A stretch of 32,000 nt of DNA from positions 270,001-302,000 of the forward strand of contig NC_010085.1 of the NCBI RefSeq assembly GCF_000018465.1. Reading direction: 5' to 3'. Source of the DNA: Nitrosopumilus maritimus SCM1. GTDB lineage: Archaea; Thermoproteota; Nitrososphaeria; Nitrososphaerales; Nitrosopumilaceae. Both the position numbers and the translations under genes were made by a program. The notes below the pieces were generated by a model. That model made no database searches. It was not told the DNA's origin and worked only from the letters and a program-made list of their open reading frames with translations. Below, piece by piece: positions 27,421-32,000 of this stretch; positions within the stretch are counted from its first letter, which is position 1; every line of letters begins with the position of its first letter.

Positions 27421-28452
27421 ATGAAAAAAATGAAAATGAAAGTAGCAAGTATTTTAGCAATTACATTATTATCTATTTCAATTCTATCTTATGGTGTAAA
27501 CAATTCTGCCTTTGCAGCTAATTCATTCATTGAAGCATCATCCAGCTCTGGAAGTGTTGGCAATGGTGATCCTCTTGTTATATCTGGGAGCATTGTAGAC
27601 TATGAAGATGCAGGACACGCACTTACTTTCCAAATTATATCTCCTGATAACAGCATAGTTCAAATCGGTCAAGTAATGGGTAACATAGGTTCTGATGGTA
27701 CATTTGAAATGAACCTTACTGCCGGTGGTCCTTTATGGAAAACCGCTGGTGAATACACTGTCAAATTTTTCTATGGTCCTACTAAAGGTGATGCTACAGT
27801 AAATTATGCTGGTGGTGATACGCCTTCTACCCCAGAACCAACTGCACCAGAACCAGAACCAGAACCAACTGCACCAGAACCAGAACCAGAACCAACTGCA
27901 CCAGAACCAGAACCAGAACCAACTGCACCAGAACCCGAACCAATAACCTGTGGAGCTGGAACTGAAATGGTTAATGGTATTTGTCAAGTCATTGCTGAAC
28001 CAGAACCCGAACCAGAACCACAATGTCCAGCAGGATACTCATTCCGTGATGGAGTATGTGTTGAAGATGGTGGTGGTTGTCTTATTGCAACTGCAGCATA
28101 TGGAACTGAATTAGCACCTCAAATTCAATTACTTAGAGAAGTTAGAGATAACACTGTATTATCCACTGCTTCTGGAGCTACATTTATGACTGGATTTAAC
28201 ACATTATACTATTCATTTGCCCCAACTGTTGCTGATTGGGAAAGAGAAAATCCTATGTTTAAAGAATCAGTTAGAGCATTCATCACACCAATGATTTCAA
28301 CATTGTCTATTATGACATTGGCTGACGATGGTTCAGAAGTTGAAGTATTAGGATTAGGAATCTCTGTTATTGCACTTAATTTAGCAATGTACATTGCAGC
28401 ACCTGCATTAATTGGATTCAAAGTCCACAAATCACTCAAATCTAGAAAATAA
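27421..28452 (+). CDS. secreted protein with TAPEPEPEP linker and CFI-box-like C-terminal region
   Basis: Signal peptide (VASILAITLLSISILSYGVNNSAFA), beta domain, tandem linker, two CxxGxxxxNGxC-like modules, CLIATAAYGTELAPQIQLLREVRDNTVLSTASG, C-terminal TM and basic tail KSLKSRK. Confidence 0.85.
   Translation: MKKMKMKVASILAITLLSISILSYGVNNSAFAANSFIEASSSSGSVGNGDPLVISGSIVDYEDAGHALTFQIISPDNSIVQIGQVMGNIGSDGTFEMNLTAGGPLWKTAGEYTVKFFYGPTKGDATVNYAGGDTPSTPEPTAPEPEPEPTAPEPEPEPTAPEPEPEPTAPEPEPITCGAGTEMVNGICQVIAEPEPEPEPQCPAGYSFRDGVCVEDGGGCLIATAAYGTELAPQIQLLREVRDNTVLSTASGATFMTGFNTLYYSFAPTVADWERENPMFKESVRAFITPMISTLSIMTLADDGSEVEVLGLGISVIALNLAMYIAAPALIGFKVHKSLKSRK
27841..27942 (+). repeat. 27-bp coding tandem repeat (about 3.8 copies), TAPEPEPEP
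   Basis: ACTGCACCAGAACCAGAACCAGAACCA at 27841, 27868 and 27895, plus a partial copy at 27922. Confidence 0.95.
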
Positions 28453-28502
28453 TCTTCTAGAATTACTCTAGGTTATTATACTGAAACACATTATCTTACT
28501 TC

Positions 28503-28826
28503 ATGCATATTGAATATGAGGAGTTTGATTCTGTTGAAGATTTTTTCATGTATTTGGCATCAGCTGCCCCACCCATGAAAAATACCATTCCAATCAATTC
28601 TTACAAGGAACATGTAATGTCATTTATTCCACTTAGTCCTTCTACTGGGGAAACATATCTGATGTTGTATGTCAAAGGTTCATTGGAACCTGGAATCTAT
28701 GAATTTGATGTTCCTTCAAAATCTTACAAAAAAGTAGACAATATTGAAAGAGCAGACAAAGTTTACTTCATCTCTTTGACACCCAAAAGAAATACGATTG
28801 CAGATACAGCTATTGCAAATCTATAA
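28503..28826 (+). CDS. hypothetical protein
   Basis: 107-aa ORF starting shortly after the CFI-box gene; overlaps the convergent radical SAM gene by 6 bp. Confidence 0.65.
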   Translation: MHIEYEEFDSVEDFFMYLASAAPPMKNTIPINSYKEHVMSFIPLSPSTGETYLMLYVKGSLEPGIYEFDVPSKSYKKVDNIERADKVYFISLTPKRNTIADTAIANL

Positions 28827-30401
28827 TTTCTTTGTTTGAATTTTAGGAGCAGATACTGATCTACTTCTAGCATATTTGTCAATTATCTCATCAGGAGTTC
28901 TTCCATTAAAGAGATCCTTGCACAATCCTCTGAGATATCTCATAATTGCCCAAGTTCCTGCCTTCAAAATTCCATACATGAAAACTTTCATTGGTGGACC
29001 GTAGGTCTTGTTTCTGAGAATAATTGGAATAATGTCATTAATTACTCTAAGGTTGTTTTCCCAGCATTTCCAAAATAGTGTAAATTGAGCTTCATTCAAG
29101 TTTCCAAAGTGCATTGAATTCTTTTCACTAAAATCTTGATACAATAATGGTGCTACTAATCCTCTAAAGTCCATTTCTCTAAAGTCGCTCATCATGTCAA
29201 TTGTATATTGAATATCATCCGGTGTTTCATCTGGCCAACCAATAATGATTGTAGCTGCTGGGAACCAGTGGTTCTCATTAAGAATTTTTGCACCTTCTCT
29301 AACTACACTGCCCCATTCTTCTGTTGAGAATGGTCTTGTTTTAACACCTAGGTGTTTTTTTACCATATCTGGTGCAACTGTTTCAATTCCTAAATTGGTT
29401 GCAAGCCATCTTCCTGATTGGTCCTGTCCATTTACATGAGAAATTTGTTGCATTAGTGTAGGATCTGCAGCAACTGCAGAAAATGTCATATGTGTAGTTC
29501 CAATAAAGTTTGCACCTAGTCCTTTTAGTGACTTCCACAAATCTGTAATTGCATCTCTGTTTGGAACAAAGTCTCTGTTATCACATCCATAAAGTAACAT
29601 TTCATCAGAATGTAACCAGATTGAGTCAAAACCGTAATCTAAATTAGTTTTTGCTTCGTGTTGTAATCTATCTATAGGTAAATCTTTTTTTGATCTCTTA
29701 TTTACATCACAAAAATCACAACCTCTTCCACAACCTCTCATTGCTTCAATCAATGAGTTGATTGTAGGACCTTCAATAACTGGAATATTTTCAAGGTTTC
29801 TTACAAAACAGTGCATCAATTCTGGTGCATCATTTTTCTCCAAATCTTGGAACAAATCAACTGCTAATTCATCTGCCTCTCCAACTACTACTGTGTCTAT
29901 TCCATGAATCTTCATTCTATCTGATTTTGCTAATTCCCATGCTCCGTTTCCTCCAACAACAACTTTGAAATCATATTTCTTTTTGAGCTGAATTATACTT
30001 GCACACATTTTTTTAAATTTCATTGCTACATACGACAATTTTTCTGGTGACATTGTTGTGGTAACTGGTGCCATTCCCAATGGATCCATCACATTGATTC
30101 CTACAACTTTGGTATCTGGACCAATTGATTTGTGCAACATATCTGGGTGTCCAATGAATACATCTTCTCTATTGTAACCTCCTTGAATCAATGAACTTTC
30201 AATTCTTCTTAATCCAATTTGTGCAACCTTTGCTTCCCCCGTGATTGGATCTGTTTCAACTGATGGACAAAACACTTTGTCAAAAACCCATTCTGGCAGA
30301 ACTTCATATGGTCCACATGCAATAAATCCATACAGAAAGTTTCCCCTGTAATTTGTCATTAAACTACGATCAGCAGTAAGTACAACACGTTTGCCGGACA
30401 A
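28821..30401 (-). CDS. radical SAM protein with N-terminal B12-binding-like region, substrate unknown
   Basis: Cluster motif RGCGRGCDFCDVNKR (CxxxCxxC), N-terminal Rossmann-like KVVVGGNGAWELA...VVGEADELA, elongated C-terminus. Confidence 0.85.
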   Translation of the reverse strand: MSGKRVVLTADRSLMTNYRGNFLYGFIACGPYEVLPEWVFDKVFCPSVETDPITGEAKVAQIGLRRIESSLIQGGYNREDVFIGHPDMLHKSIGPDTKVVGINVMDPLGMAPVTTTMSPEKLSYVAMKFKKMCASIIQLKKKYDFKVVVGGNGAWELAKSDRMKIHGIDTVVVGEADELAVDLFQDLEKNDAPELMHCFVRNLENIPVIEGPTINSLIEAMRGCGRGCDFCDVNKRSKKDLPIDRLQHEAKTNLDYGFDSIWLHSDEMLLYGCDNRDFVPNRDAITDLWKSLKGLGANFIGTTHMTFSAVAADPTLMQQISHVNGQDQSGRWLATNLGIETVAPDMVKKHLGVKTRPFSTEEWGSVVREGAKILNENHWFPAATIIIGWPDETPDDIQYTIDMMSDFREMDFRGLVAPLLYQDFSEKNSMHFGNLNEAQFTLFWKCWENNLRVINDIIPIILRNKTYGPPMKVFMYGILKAGTWAIMRYLRGLCKDLFNGRTPDEIIDKYARSRSVSAPKIQTKKL

Positions 30402-30473
30402 CTATCACATTTCGTTTAACTATGTTATATATCATTTACGAGGTTAATTTGCCTCTTGAATTGTAAATTTTCC

Positions 30474-31250
30474 TTATTCTTTTTTTCTTATTGTTCTGTT
30501 TGCAATATTGGCTGCAATCCCCCCTGCTGCAATACCATTGTCTATGTTTACAACAGATAGTCCTAATGAACAACTCTGAAGCATTGAAGCAAGAGCTGCA
30601 ATTCCTTTTTCTCCATACCCATACCCTACTGATGTTGGAATTCCAATAATTGGAATGTCTACTAGTGTGGAAACTAGTGTGGCTAGTGCACCCTCCATTC
30701 CTGCAGCTACTATGATGCAATCAACATCTTCTTCTATCATTTCTTTTAAAATTGGAAAAATTCTCTGAATTCCTGCTACTCCTACGTCATAACTTGTAAT
30801 GCATTTACAATTCATTGCCTCACAAACTAGTCTGGCTTCTTCAGCTACTCCAATATCTGAAGTACCTGCAGTTAGAATACCTACTTTTCCTCCCTGAAAT
30901 TTAATTGGTTTTTTGAATAACAATAGGGTAGATGATTTTTTTCCTGTCTTGACTTTGACTTTCAGTTTTTTTGCAAACGTCTGAATCTTTGGATAATCTG
31001 TTTTCTTTAATCTTGAAACAATAACTGAGTTTGATTTTTGCAAAGTCCTTTTTATGATTTTTCTAATATCTTCCAGTTCTTTTGTCTCTGCAAAAATTAT
31101 TTCTGGAATCCCTCTTCTTTTTCTTCTGTTGATGTCTATTTTGGCAATTCCTTCTATCTCTTCAATTGAATATATTGACAAAAGTTTTTTTGCATCATTT
31201 ATTGAAATTTTTCCTGTTTTTACGGCTTTAAGAATTTCATGAGTTTCCAA
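30474..31250 (-). CDS. larB: LarB (PurE-like nickel pincer cofactor biosynthesis protein)
   Basis: GKVGILTAGTSDIGVAEEA, VAAGMEGALATLVSTLVDIPIIGIPTSVGYG and VVNIDNGIAAG match the LarB pattern. Confidence 0.88.
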   Translation of the reverse strand: METHEILKAVKTGKISINDAKKLLSIYSIEEIEGIAKIDINRRKRRGIPEIIFAETKELEDIRKIIKRTLQKSNSVIVSRLKKTDYPKIQTFAKKLKVKVKTGKKSSTLLLFKKPIKFQGGKVGILTAGTSDIGVAEEARLVCEAMNCKCITSYDVGVAGIQRIFPILKEMIEEDVDCIIVAAGMEGALATLVSTLVDIPIIGIPTSVGYGYGEKGIAALASMLQSCSLGLSVVNIDNGIAAGGIAANIANRTIRKKE

Positions 31251-31283
31251 TAATGGGTTTTTGTTTTATGGATAAAAAAAGGC

Positions 31284-32000
31284 TTAGATTTCAACACCTG
31301 AAAGTGCACCTTTAACATTCTCTACTGCTTTGTTAAAGACTTGCTTTTCTTCATCATTTAGATCTAATTCTATGATTTTTTCTACACCATTCTTTCCTAT
31401 TACTGCAGGAACTCCAATGGTAACATCAGAGTGATCATATTCTCCATCAAGATAAGTTGCTACTGGAATTACTTGTTTTCTGTCTCTTACAACTGCTTCA
31501 ACAATTGCAGAAATTGCATTTCCTGGTGCATGTACTGTAGCACCTTTTAGTTCAATTACTTTTGCTGCAACTTGCTTTGTGTTTTGAACTAGTTCCTCTA
31601 ATTTTTCTTTTGGAAGCAATGATGGTAGTGGAATTCCTGAAACAGATGAAAATCTTGGTAAAGGTAACATGTTTTCACCATGTTCTCCAATTACTAGTGC
31701 TCTAATTGAGTCACGAGAGTGTCCAGTTGCTTCGTGGATAAATTGTCTAAATCTTGATAAATCAAGCATACCTCCCATTCCAAATACTCTACTTCTATCA
31801 AATCCTGATACTTTGTATGTGATGTATGCCATTGGGTCTAATGGATTAGTTACTGGAATAATCATGGAATCATCTGCATATTTTTTCACATTTTCTACCA
31901 CGCTTTTTACAATTGATGCATTAATCTTCAAAAGATCCATACGGGTCATTCCTGGTTTTCGTCCAGAACCTGCAACTACTACTACAATATTGGAACCTTT
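31284..32000 (-). CDS. mdh: malate dehydrogenase (LDH/MDH family), 5' end truncated by the window
   Basis: [38 protein letters not shown] and [12 protein letters not shown]; the frame continues upstream of the track start 31949 as [19 protein letters not shown]. Confidence 0.88.

Noticed and set aside
27841-27942. Tandem repeat considered as CRISPR or an intergenic repeat
   Set aside because: In-frame coding repeat without spacers.
27733-28023. Minus-strand ORF rich in Trp/Phe (MWFWFGFWFSNDL...)
   Set aside because: Antisense translation of the CCAGAA tandem repeat of the CFI-box protein gene; composition is an artefact of the repeat.
30436-30720. Minus-strand 94-aa ORF
   Set aside because: Overlaps the larB 3' end in another frame with His/Ser/Cys-rich composition typical of out-of-frame reading; larB motifs are convincing.
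1-32000. Possible defence island or mobile element
   Set aside because: I saw no recognisable nuclease, helicase, toxin-antitoxin pair, transposase, integrase or attachment-site duplication near the tRNAs. Most genes are housekeeping or transport.

Overview
This 32 kb window looks like core chromosome from an ammonia-oxidising-type archaeon (Thaumarchaeota/Nitrososphaerota, Nitrosopumilus-like). It is AT-rich and densely coded, with archaeal ribosomal proteins, an archaeal RNAP subunit N, archaeal isoprenoid genes and the PDWVKNNARWW surface-protein motif. I saw no CRISPR array, transposase, integrase or phage module. Main content: tRNA-His(GTG) and tRNA-Leu(GAG); a minus-strand block of rpoN-eno-rpsB-mevalonate kinase-isopentenyl phosphate kinase-type I IDI-polyprenyl synthase-gltX-FAH hydrolase; a translin-like gene; NnrE, MBL hydrolase and a CobT-like gene; glmS; rpsD and rpsM; a Mn/Zn-type ABC operon (SBP, ATPase, two permeases) next to a CDF efflux gene; a large S-layer-like surface protein followed by a CFI-box secreted protein; an orphan radical SAM protein; larB; and the edge-truncated 3' part of a malate/lactate dehydrogenase-type gene. 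Nothing here is clearly a new defence or mobile system. The best second looks are: (1) an unlisted 50-aa Cys-rich microprotein at 17749-17901, diverging from a wHTH gene across a 14-bp palindromic TATA; (2) tandem operator-like repeats upstream of the metal ABC operon; (3) a permease-wHTH fusion in that operon; (4) a CDF transporter with three C-terminal regulatory-like domains; (5) the paired S-layer-like and CFI-box surface proteins; (6) the orphan radical SAM protein. All calls come from reading the sequence; no database search was run.
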